Positions 1 to 11,200 of a stretch of DNA of 60,000 nt are shown here, in pieces. Where the stretch lies: NCBI GenBank assembly GCA_964187785.1, contig OZ076409.1, forward strand, positions 35,714,001-35,774,000, read 5' to 3'. The stretch is from Amphiscolops sp. MND2022. Its lineage: Eukaryota. The translations under genes were made by a program, and so were the position numbers. Each line of letters opens with the position of its first letter. Within the stretch, counting starts at the first letter, position 1. The notes beneath the pieces are model-generated. The model worked only from the letters and a program-made list of their open reading frames with translations, made no database searches and was not told the origin of the DNA.

Positions 1-584
1 TCATCATCCTCTGGATAGAGGCGATCAACGATCATTCTACTGGCAGCTTTTGCGCAGAGATCCTCGATTGTCGTGTCTTCTGGCTGTGTCATCAGAAATC
101 TTCTGAGTTTGATTGGCATTCCGTTTATGAATGCTTCTCGTACTCGTCTCGCTCTCTCGAGTGCTCTATTTTCAGCAGCAACTGCGGGTCGTCCTCCTGC
201 AGCAGCTCTGGCAACGACGTTAGGGTAAGCCTCCAATGCCAAACGTTGGAGGTCAGTGAGGAAGTCTTGGGCACTTTCCTCGGACGATTTCAATTTTCTG
301 GCTGAAAAGATGAGTTTCTGCAATTGAACGGGCTGGTCGTTCTGGTATCTCTCACGAAGTGCAGCTACGGCGAGATCATAGTCAACTCTCGTGGCTTCGG
401 GCAGTTGATCGAAGAATGTTAATGCACCACCTTTAAGGTGCAAATGCAGATACTGATGACGATCAGCATCGGCAATGCCTGCAATTTGGATGCAGCTTGC
501 AAGTTGTCTGAGGAACTCATTTAAATTTTCTTTTTCCGTACCCTTAAAGGGTTGAAGATTTACAAAAGGTTGAATTGCGGCCAT
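1..584 (-). CDS. gag: Ty3/Gypsy retrotransposon gag, N-terminal part (runs off left edge)
   Basis: Open frame from ATG at 584: MAAIQPFVNLQPFKGTEKENLNEFLRQLASCIQIAGIADADRHQYLHLHLKGGALTFFDQLPEATRVDYDLAVAALRERY...KLKSSEESAQDFLTDLQRLALEAYP...REAFINGM. Retrotransposon gag pattern, located just downstream of an LTR and PBS. Absent from the ORF track, presumably because its stop lies outside the window. Confidence 0.85.
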   Translation of the reverse strand, partial: MAAIQPFVNLQPFKGTEKENLNEFLRQLASCIQIAGIADADRHQYLHLHLKGGALTFFDQLPEATRVDYDLAVAALRERYQNDQPVQLQKLIFSARKLKSSEESAQDFLTDLQRLALEAYPNVVARAAAGGRPAVAAENRALERARRVREAFINGMPIKLRRFLMTQPEDTTIEDLCAKAASRMIVDRLYPEDD

Positions 585-821
585 TTAGAAAGAAGTATTG
601 TTTTTTATCAAGAGCGATTTGAATTTGTCAGAAGAAAGCAATGAAATTTTGTTGAAATGAATTTTATTATTCAGTCAGCAGCAGAAGTGAAGAGAAGAGG
701 TATTGTCAGCATTATCAGCAATCTGAGATGTTATTGTTAGTGAAGTGAGTTCACTGTAGAGAGAGTGGCACTTGAGCATTGTTATATTTTAAGTGATTTT
801 GGTTTCTGGAGAAAAGGAGAA

Positions 822-836
822 CAGCTCCTGTCACCA
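822..836 (-). promoter_or_regulatory. Primer-binding site of the Gypsy element
   Basis: TGGTGACAGGAGCTG directly follows the LTR end (...ATGACA) on the minus strand; TGG is complementary to tRNA CCA. Confidence 0.75.
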
Positions 837-1248
837 TGTCATAGATCAAAGATTTAGGCAGAGCGGTGGAAAAGTTTTATTCATTTTGGCAATTCTTCTA
901 GGAGCTGAAGGGTTCTCTCCTATAGAGATTCTCCGGAAAGTGAGAGTTGATGTTTTGAATAATTAATTAGAGTGTTTCAGAGAGATGAAGGTATTTACAA
1001 AATGTAAGAAGGAGTTTAGCATAGTTGAAGATATACTCAAAATATCGAAAAGAAATGATAGAGGTTCTGGTTGAACGTGTTTATAGTTCACTAGTTCTCT
1101 CAGTTGTGTCTTGGGTCCACTTCCAGTGCTACAGAGGCTTTCCCATCGTATGCGTGTTGATCTGTGATTGGCTGCCACATCTGATTAGTCCACGTCTGTC
1201 CTGAGAATACTTGAACGAAATTTTGTACATGATTCTTGTATCATGACA
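837..1248 (-). mobile_element. 5' LTR (412 bp) of Gypsy element in an SCLT1 intron
   Basis: Bounded by inverted TGTCAT...ATGACA; PBS and gag adjacent; sharp junction at 1249 with a Helentron-like repeat. Confidence 0.85.
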
Positions 1249-1566
1249 GGGACCCTTTGGGATTTATTAACATATATTCAGAGACCTTGAGACATTGAAA
1301 AAATTTCGGAAAAAAGTCGGACAGTGCCGAAGAAATCGAAAGGGGTGACCCTTTAGTCTCGTCCGGTTTTGTAGGTTACTTCAAAAAAGTTAAAAAAGAA
1401 AGGGATGACCCTTCGCACTAAGTTGGCACTGGCCGATTTGGCCTTAGGGAGTTTCAAGAGTTTCTCTAAAAAGTGAACCGATCAGTGTGAGGTCTGTGGT
1501 CTGAAGAAAAAAGTCATTGTTATAGTCGGGCATTTTTCCCTTAAAGGAAAAGCGCCGACTAAAAAA
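1249..1566 (-). mobile_element. Helentron-like non-autonomous element, family 1, 5' part (interrupted by the Gypsy element)
   Basis: Family terminus GCGCCGACTAAAAA at 1552-1565 with partner AGTCGGGC at 1524-1531; body resembles other family-1 copies. Confidence 0.55.
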
Positions 1567-2136
1567 CTACCCAGGTTGCAGAGGGGGCTTGTCAAAAAGG
1601 TGGGTAAGGTGTCGATACGCTACAAGCTGCAGAGCCTCCTTGCAGTGTCAATAACGGTCCTGTGAAAACAAATTTGAAAACCTCGGTAAGTGGAGGACTA
1701 ATTTCTAAAACAAAACACCGGATCGCAAAGTAGATGCTCGTCTATAAAACAGCGTATCACAATTGAGTTGCTCGTTATGAAATTACTGAGAGCTAGAGAG
1801 CCTCCCCCTTTGACGATTGCGCTCATAGAGGACTGGTTGGTTTTTGTTGACTTCCTTTCAGATTTTTTCTGGCTTAATAGGATTTAACAATGAAATTTTT
1901 CTTGGGAACATGGCTCTCTTGATAAGATCTTACCGTGGCAAAATGAATACCATGGCAAGACCTTGACAGGATCTTAGCCAAGATTGTTCCAAGATCTTAC
2001 CAATGATATCCATGGAGGGTCAAAACCGGGTAGGCTAACTTTAACGAAGGAGGACTCTAAGTCTTAAAAAACCTTATTGCCCAAGGTGCTAGAAAGGTTC
2101 CTGCTGATGATTTACGTTGAGAAAGTTTGAACTTAC

Positions 2137-2298
2137 TTCACATTGTTTTTCGGCTACTTTCATCTCCAAAGAGTGGATATCGTCCATGAGTCTGTCGACA
2201 CTCTTATTGCACAATGTTCTCACTTCTTCCACCTCCTTACGGGTTCTTTCGCCTGCCTCTTCGTAGACTTTGGTCAACTCGTCTCTCAGTCTGGTGAT
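2137..2298 (-). CDS. SCLT1: SCLT1 coding exon 9 (ITRLRDEL...AEKQCE)
   Basis: ttcacag| acceptor, |gtaagt donor, phases 0 to 0. Confidence 0.85.
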
Positions 2299-5200
2299 CT
2301 GTGAAACAAAGTTTACATTTTATGTATATACAATTTAAACCCGGAATAAAGGCAGCCTGAATATGATGGCGTTAAATCAGAAAATCGGTATAACCGATAG
2401 ACTGCACATTCCGAAGTTACAAGTAGCTTGAGAGAACAAAACAAAAATAACTGTTCGGTCTTGGGATGATCTTTGAAGCCGGGAACGGCATATGTCGTGT
2501 CCCATTTAAGGCTCAAAATTATAACAGGAAATCAGAGGATATCATTAGGATATATTGGATAGATAGCAGTAGTTAAACTTTAAGAAACATCGCTCTTCAT
2601 ACTTCATATAACGCCGACTAATAAAAGGATAGCCGCTAAGCGGCGTAGCATAAGACTGGCGAAAATGAGCCAGATAAGTGCCGAGGACGTTAGTCACGAG
2701 ACATAATGTGAAGGGCACATCAACATGAAATTTCGAGAAAAACTATGGGAAAAAAACGAGAAACAACCCGGTCGAGATCAAAATTAAACTTCAAGGGCTG
2801 GCTTGAAAAAAAATCCGAAAGTGCTGAAAGAAAAGTCCAGAAAAGTCATCGCTACATTAAAACCTTATGACAATTATTTTGTAGTCGTAATTTTTATATT
2901 GGAATCATCCAATTCTTTTTTAGTCGGCGCCTTTCCCCTTACGGAAAAAAGTCCATTTTTCATAAGTCATTAATTATAGCTTGCGAAGTACTTTTACTTT
3001 TTCAAAAGCTTGCGAAGTATTTTTTGCATCATCAAAGAAATTCAACGGGGCCAAAGGGTATTCCCTTAGAGTATTTTCGGCTCTGTGAGATTTTTTTCGA
3101 GAAAAATTCCCCAAAGGATCCCCCTTCAATTTTTTGATATTTTCCGACAGAATGGAAGTTGAAAAATCCCAAAATCCCTTTCAGTTATTTTTTCCACATT
3201 GAGACTTTTTCAATTTTTTTCATAAAAGGGTCCCCAATTAACCAATACTTTGACATTTTGAAGTCCTTTTGCTATTTTTGAGCCTTAGATATGACGCCGA
3301 CTTAGGCCGTTCCCGGCTTGTTATTTCCACAAAGAACCAAAAATGTGGAATCAGAAGGAAATAGATGGAAATGAACCGAGTTAACCTCTTCCTTTTTCTG
3401 AGCATCTCGAGCTAAAGCCTCATCTTTTTCCAAGATGGCGTTTTCCACCAACTGCATGGCATCTCGCACTTCTTTCACAGCCATTGCCTCTCTCATTTCA
3501 AGATCTTCCCTAAAACAAATAAAACCTCACGCTTAAACCTACACACAAACTTGAGAAAAAAGTGTGTATTTATCATTACCAACAATGACAGACCGCTTTA
3601 GAATCATCAACAAATTACAACACAGAGGCGAAGCCGTGCTTCGCAAACACTTGCGAAGAAAGTTGCGAACTTTTGAATAAAACCAAATAAAGATCGCACG
3701 GAGAACCAAGTGTAAAATGACAGTTAAAATTTCATCAATTTTACAGCGCCAAAAAATACCCGAAGGGATACGCATATATCTCGAAAACCATTCTTCTTCA
3801 ACTGGAAACAGCAAAAAAACCCATCTTTCTCAACCGAAAACATTTAAAAAAAAACAGAAAATTGAAAAAAAAATCATTTTTCGAAAAAATTTTCAACTGA
3901 AGGTCTCCGGTAAATCGCACAGTGCCGAAAACCTTGAGCAGTTCTTTATGCTCGCAAAACGTTTCGTTTCTAGTAAAAATTGAGGGGAGCTTCGATGAAA
4001 ACAAATTAGAAAAAAACTCGCATAAAAACACCTGTCTTTGAAAAAAAAATCGGACATAGCGTGCTGGGCCTGAAAAAAACCAATTTTAAGACAAAAGTTA
4101 TTCATTTCGAAAAATCTCACAATGCCGAAAACTGTAAAGGGGGGCCCTTTGAGATTTTTTAACATCCATTCAGTTGCAAAATTTCAAAAAAAATCGAATG
4201 GGAACCCTTGAGACTTTGAAAACTTTTCGAAAACAAAATTGAGAATTTTTAACAGTCTCATAGTGCCGAAAAATCTGAAAGAAGGGACCCTTTAGAATTT
4301 TTTAACATTTGTTCTGTTGCAAATATCACAAAAATGAAGGGAGGATCCTTTGGGGACATTAAAAAACTTTCGAAAAAAGTCTCACAAAGCCGAAAAAAGG
4401 GTGGAGTCTCATAGTGCCGAAAAAGTGGGAACCTTCTGCTTCGGAATATTTGTAAAAAAAATTGGCGCATACGCACGGGTTCGAACCCGAACCCTCTGGG
4501 TTGAAAGACAAGCATCTTATCACTAGACCACGAACGCCTGAACTATGCGACTAGCGGGCTGAAGCGAGAGAGTTGTCGCGCGGAAAAAAAGCACCCGCAC
4601 TTTCCCATAACACTTGCTTATCGCAAGTGTAATGAGGTCTTGAATTGAAAATGTGAAGGAAATAGTGGCAAGGAATTACATCAAGTCAACTAGAATAAAC
4701 TTTTATTCAGAAAAATTTTGGAAGCCTCTTGCTCCCTTCCTATAGTTACAAATTCTTTGTACGAAGAGAACTGACAAGAAGACAGGCAAATACATTTTCG
4801 ACAGTATTAATCATTACGAACTGAGAAGCTGACGTTCATGAAATTTTGGTGTCTCAAAAAATAAAAGCAATCTAATATTTAAAGCTTAGTATTTACGAAA
4901 AAAAAGGATTATATACATTGTCAGTGAAAACTTTCAGAGGTCAACGAACTTTACTACTTTTCAAGGACTTGGCAGGAAAACGTAAATCATACTTAATCGA
5001 ACAGCAAAACGTAAAAGATCGCATTTTCCAAAAAAAAACTTTTCTTGGGCACGCTTTGTTTGTTTCGTTATCAACGGTTACCCATTTACACGTACTTGGC
5101 CTTCTTGAGTTTTTCGATTTCCTCGTGAAGCAATCGCTTTTCTGTGTGATGACTGGATGCATGCTGAGTGATCTCTCTGTATTTGTCGTCTAGAGACTGT

Positions 5201-8200
5201 AAGGCTGTGTGAAGCTCGCTCAGTTGAATTTCCATGTTTTTCTCGCCCTGTGCTGCTCTTTGTGTTTCTAACGTCTGCACAATCAAGTTGAATATTGGTC
5301 AAAAATCCCCGACAAATTTTTATTAATTAGTCAATCTTGAAACGGAAAGATTTTTAAAAAACCAGCGCAAAACAAAGGGGTGAAATGTCCTTACCTTTAA
5401 ATTTTTATGGATTATTAAGGTCAAGTATACAAAAGCCGATAAACTATTCTTGAATCATTTTTAGCAATTTTTCTACAATTTCATTTAGCTAACAACCTTT
5501 CACACAATAGCCCATTATCGAAATTTGATAAATTGAAAGGTATTAAAAGGCAAACAATGGCCGATATCGAAAATCTAAGGCAAGTTCAAATTTGCGTTCT
5601 GAAGACCTTTAGAGCTTACCTTTTTCTGAACAATCTGTTCCAATTGTTGTTGCGTATTTCTCAACTGGAGCAACTGGTTTGAACTGGTCTTGTGTTCCTC
5701 TTGACTCTGTCTGCAATACAAAATTAATTTTCAATTCCTACAATTCACCTACAAAGCAACCACCTAATCCTGTCTGCGGCAATTGTACAATCCAAGTATC
5801 CGCTCAATAAATGTGAATACCGACACTTCATTTGGTCTAGTGCAGAGAACATGCACACAAAACATGAGGACATAACATCTGCCAACGTTGCTCTTGATTT
5901 GTATTGAGAAAAAAGCCAAATTTAATAAGAATTAAAATAATCTCTACATATTACCGAGAGCTCCGAAGTCTACCCCTAAGGTTCGCACCATTTACACAAA
6001 GCAAGAAAAAATGTAGAAGAACTAAGGTCTACAAAGTTGTTTGATTTGAATTTGACATTGAAACAGACCGAAAAAAATAGAGTTTAGTATGACAAAAACA
6101 TCCCTAAAAAATAGAGTAGCTCAACAAATTGAAGAAAATTATAGAATAGTGATATGGCTATTGATGTTATGTTACCGGAAACTCAGCACAATGTCTATGC
6201 AGATATTCCTGTGTTAGCATGAAAAACATAGAACATTGAGATAGCTCTACCTCCAGTTAGGAATTTATTCAATATGGGCCGACTCAGTTCGCAGAGGTGA
6301 ATTTAATTAAAAATTCAGACTGATACCTCGCAGGATTAAAAGTGATTCTACCATGGATTTAGAAAACATCAAAGCAACTATTCAACAAACCATATTGAAT
6401 TGCAACCAAATGGTCAAAAATGAAAGGAAGCAATTACTTGAAATAATTAGAAAAAGAGTTGACTTTGCTTGTTAATTCTTCAACATCGGCTTTTAGTTTG
6501 ATGTTTTGTCTTTCCAGCTCTGAATTGCGGGTCCGTAGAGTCATGTAGGAGTTGGCCACGCTAGCTCCCTGCTCCTAAAATGTAAAGAATCAAAATACCG
6601 CATAAATTGTCTACCTTAGGTTACCGAAATACATGTAAAGTCAGACCTCCTTCTGCCAGGTGAAATATTTTCAAAAGATCTGGACAGTTTGTCGCCCTAA
6701 TTCAGACTTGAAGAGATGAAATTAGATTACCTTTATCCCAGTTAAATGTTTTTCAATACTTGAGACTTCGGAGATCGGGATACTCGAGAAATATCAAGTA
6801 GCATCAGGGCTGGTACAATCAATATTACTTCAATTTTTACCATTGTACACAATTATTGCAATTATCATTTTTTGCTTCCACAGTTCTTGCAGTTATTGCA
6901 CTTATTGTACTCAATTAAAACAATTATTCTATGGAAATTTCGATTCAAAAAGTTAAATTTTCACATCAAATCTTCAATAGTTTTTGCATCCCAGAAGGAT
7001 CTAATGACGCACATGAAGATTTGCGACTCCAAGTTGACGACCAAGAGAGATTTCCGATGGTCATTGAAAACGTCCTAGACCCTGCTAAAAAGTCGTTCGG
7101 CTAGATTGGATGTTGGTGGAATCCATTTCAAATCCTCATAATGGGACATTGGTTTTCTGCGTTCCTGGTCTAGTAGGCTCTCTGCATACGATTTGTCATC
7201 GTTGTTCTATTGGAAGTATGGGTTTTTTAAATACTTCCAACTCATTTTCGTTCTCGGTCGACAGTTTTGCATTCTATGACAGCAACTATTGCGTTTTCGA
7301 ATGAGGAATATGCGCATATACCATCATTTCCAAGGTAGTGGTTCAAATTATTTTCAGCAAAATCACTCAGAATACCATCAAAAAGAGATCTGGCAGTTGA
7401 TAAATCGACATTCTCCTCCTGAAGCTTCTTGGAGACCGACTCCAGCTTTTTCATCTCAGTGATAAGATTTGCTAACACAATATTTTGCTAACATTAAGTG
7501 AACTACAATAAGATATTCCATCGACATCAAGATGCCGAAAAGTGCATTAAAAATTTGTCCCTCTTAGTGAGAATGAGTTACGGACATAATCTTTGCCTGG
7601 ATGAGCCGAGGACATATGTGGCCAGGTTTATGTGGACGGAAATCAATATACAATTATATTCCAATAAATATTTTATTTTCAATCTTTGCTGAAGGCCGTT
7701 CACTATTTGAACAACCATCATGAACAAATGCTGCGGGTAATTTCCATTTTCAACCCAGATGAGCTGGCCGTCATTGAAAAATGTCAAAACTTTCGGCATT
7801 TTAAACTGTTAACAATTATTCATTCCACCCACAATTATTGCAATACATTTTTTCTTAACAATCAATAATTGACCTCAATATTATTGCAATTATTGTACTC
7901 AATTTTGTGTTTTACCCAGCCCTGAGTAGTAGCATACACAACAAGTAGTGGTTACGGAGAAATACGTGGACTGAAAGCAATCAACTAACATATTGAGCTT
8001 TAATTGAAGTTTGTTCCGCTTCCATTTCAGCCATCCTCTCCTGAAACATTGGCATAAGAGAATTAACCTGAATAAATTAGGCTTACAACAAAATAAATCC
8101 AAACGAAATATTTTACTCTCAGGCTGAAATATTGCCAACTGACGTAAAAACCAGTGAAAAATGGGCATGCAAAAATATTGAACGTTTTCTGACATGTTCA

Positions 8201-11200
8201 ACCGTGTACAACTATTTGACATGCTGATGCATTTGTATTCATCATATCGCTCATAACAATCATCAAAAAATGCATTTTGCGCTATTTGGTGGACGGGGTG
8301 GGGTAATTACAACTAGGAGTTGAACGAACTTTAAAGTGCCTCTGGAGAGTGTCAAGTTGGTGATTGGCTTTAGCGACCATTTCCAGAGCCTGTTCTTTTT
8401 CATCTGTCAGCATCCGCAACTGCTGTTCTAATTTAGAAGTAATATGTGCATTAGTGAATGACGACGTCACTGTACCCTTCACTTTTGCATTCTCCCCATC
8501 CGCGTCGTCAGAGTCGTTGTCAGGGCGCAAAATTCCCTTCATTTCCAGCAACTCCATTGATAAGTTGTTCATCTCCGCTTGCAACCTCAACGTAATGGTA
8601 TGCGGAAAACTCGTAGAAAACAACTCGTCGAAATTAAAGGACGGAAAACTGGTCGACAATTAACTCATCTCATCGAATAATAATTGAGTGCGAACTCGTC
8701 GAATAAGTACAGATTACCCTCCGGGATTATCCAGTGCTAATTATGGATTAAATTTCCTTAATTGATGCGTAAAAATAGTTACAGTGTAATACTTCATAAT
8801 ACGTTACTTTTATGACACAGTACGATCACAAAGTTAGCGCTATATTCGTCGGAGACGAGTTTTCCACCAGTGAATTTTCGGCGAGTTGCTTTTCGACAAG
8901 TTTTCCGCATAGTATTTTCGACGAGTTTCCTAGATTCAACGTAATTCTAACAGGTCAATTGGAGACTCCACTTAATATACTCACTACGGGATTTGTAGAA
9001 AGAAAACTGGGATCTTCATGACTGCAATGTTTTGACAGAAAACGGGATAAAAACATGACAAAAAAGAACAACTAGTTTTCATAATCAATGGATAGCCTTT
9101 TGCAGCTTGCCTATCTACCTTGTCCTATAATGAAACAAGCAATCGCTTTAATTGGTATATGAATGTTTCTTCAACTTTTCTTCGAAGTGCAAAATAGAAT
9201 TGTCAACTAACCTGGAATTTTCTTCAGTTTTCTGAGAAAATTTAGCTCGCAGCTGTCCGACTTCAATCTAAACAAAATTGTCTTTATAAATCAAAAATGA
9301 TCATAACAATATCCTAGAAAATACGCCCAAATTCGTTCAAATTTCATATACCCAAACGAGACTCATAACGTGATCTCATACCGCTCTCATACGAAATCGG
9401 AAAAGAATTGGATAAAAATGAATGATTCATGCTCCACCATCAAACAAAAAACAAGACGCCCGTTCAAGTTCACCAGCAAGATATTTTCCGCCCAAACTGT
9501 TCTACAACGACGTAAACTTGATGCTCAAAAGTAACCAATGCAATATGAAAAGGCAAAGAAGTTCGAAGAAAAGAAAGATTCGATTTATATTAGCCTATTT
9601 TTGAAGGAAACGAATTTACAATCACGGAAAGTACCGACTAAAGTCTGACTTGTTTTTAGTCGGCGCTTTTCGTTAGAAAAGAGAGACTATAGCCATGGCT
9701 TTTTGTCAGTTTTTGGATAAACCTGATCTGTCCCAAACAGTTCTACCAGAAGTTCAACCTTTCAGGTAACTCCACACTGACACTTGGCCAAATGGTTAAC
9801 ACGGATTTCTTGGTTAACGCAATTTTTGGTTTTTGCGAAATTCCGTGAGGGAAAAAAGTTTCCAGAATTTTGAGGGTGACCTTTTTGTTACTTTTTGATC
9901 CTGTCGAACTGAGAGTTTTCTGCTTGAGAAAAAGAAGTTTTGCCAGCTGAAACCTTTTTCAGCCCAGTGGGACTTTTCCAGAAAAATACATTTCATAGAA
10001 ATGGATTTTTTTTGTGTTTCCAAGTGGGGAAAATGGATTCCGAGTCTCAGGCGTAATTCTTGGTATTTTTGGCACTGAGAAATTAGTAAAAGTTTGAAAA
10101 GTCCAGAGCATATTTAAGAAACTTGAGCGGGCGTGGACTTGTGCCGCTCCCGAGTTGTCAAATTGTTGTACATAGAAGTCACCAAAAATGACAACTTTGG
10201 GGTCAATTTCCAGAACTTTTCTAACAAGAAACTATATGTCTCTTCAAAAAGTCCACTGGGTACCGAGTTCAGTCGTTGTTGGATGTTTAACCATTCTAAC
10301 CCACTGAAGAGTAAAAAACTTGCATAAAAACAGAAAAGTTTCATTGATTTTTGCGTCAGTCAGAGGTTTCTTTCCTACGTGGGTTACTGCAAAAACATTT
10401 TCCTTCGGAAGGCTTACTGCATCGCTAGTGATTTCGAGTTAGGTTTTTTGGAAATTTTGCAAAAAAAAAGGTCCGATATATCTTCGAGAAACAACCGATA
10501 AGTTTGCGTTTCAATCCTGAGCCCATGGATTTTCGAATTATTGGAAACATTCGAAAAGGATCGGAAATTGGGACTATGTTAGCGGAAACTGACAAAATTT
10601 GGAATTATTGACACTTTTGTCAAATTCGAGGAACTTCAGCTACTTTCTTTCCCAAATTGTGTTCCGAATACTTTATTGTTTCAACGTTCAGGTCAAAAGA
10701 AGTTCTATTCTACAAAAGCTTTCGTGGACTGAACAAAAACTGGGATTAAATTGTCAGAAAACGTGATTCTGGATTTTGGGGTGTTTTTGAGGTCAATTCT
10801 AATAAGAAACTGCAGTTATATCTTCAAAAACTCCTACTGTATACCGGCATTAGTCGCTAGGTTTTTTCGCAAAAGTTGGATCATTCTGACCTAACTTTCT
10901 TTCATAAAAAGTACAAATTTCTCTTCGGGAAAGTAGTTATACTATCTGTTCCTTTTGGAAATTTCTGTCTTTCAAGAGTTTCTAATTTCAAATGGAAAAT
11001 CACTGAAAATGTCAGAAATCGGCAAAAATTTTGACATTCTACTTTTTGCTGACCACTTTGAGGCATTTTCCAACAGATGTCTGCATATATGTATTCAAAA
11101 AAGCCTACTGGATAACGCAACCGTTGTTGGACGTTTTTAATATTCTGACTCAAAATCATTTCAAAAACTACACATGAGTTTCAAAAAAAAACATGTTGAA

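Noticed and set aside
4463..4538. Functional tRNA-Glu gene (also tRNA-Ala at 41120-41190)
   Set aside because: A and B boxes are present but anticodon and acceptor stems pair badly, and both lie inside repeats.
9382..9390. ATG AGA GCG|gtatga as SCLT1 first exon
   Set aside because: Exons at 11975-12047 and 12357-12418 supply SCLT1-like sequence in the right phase; this site is probably chance.
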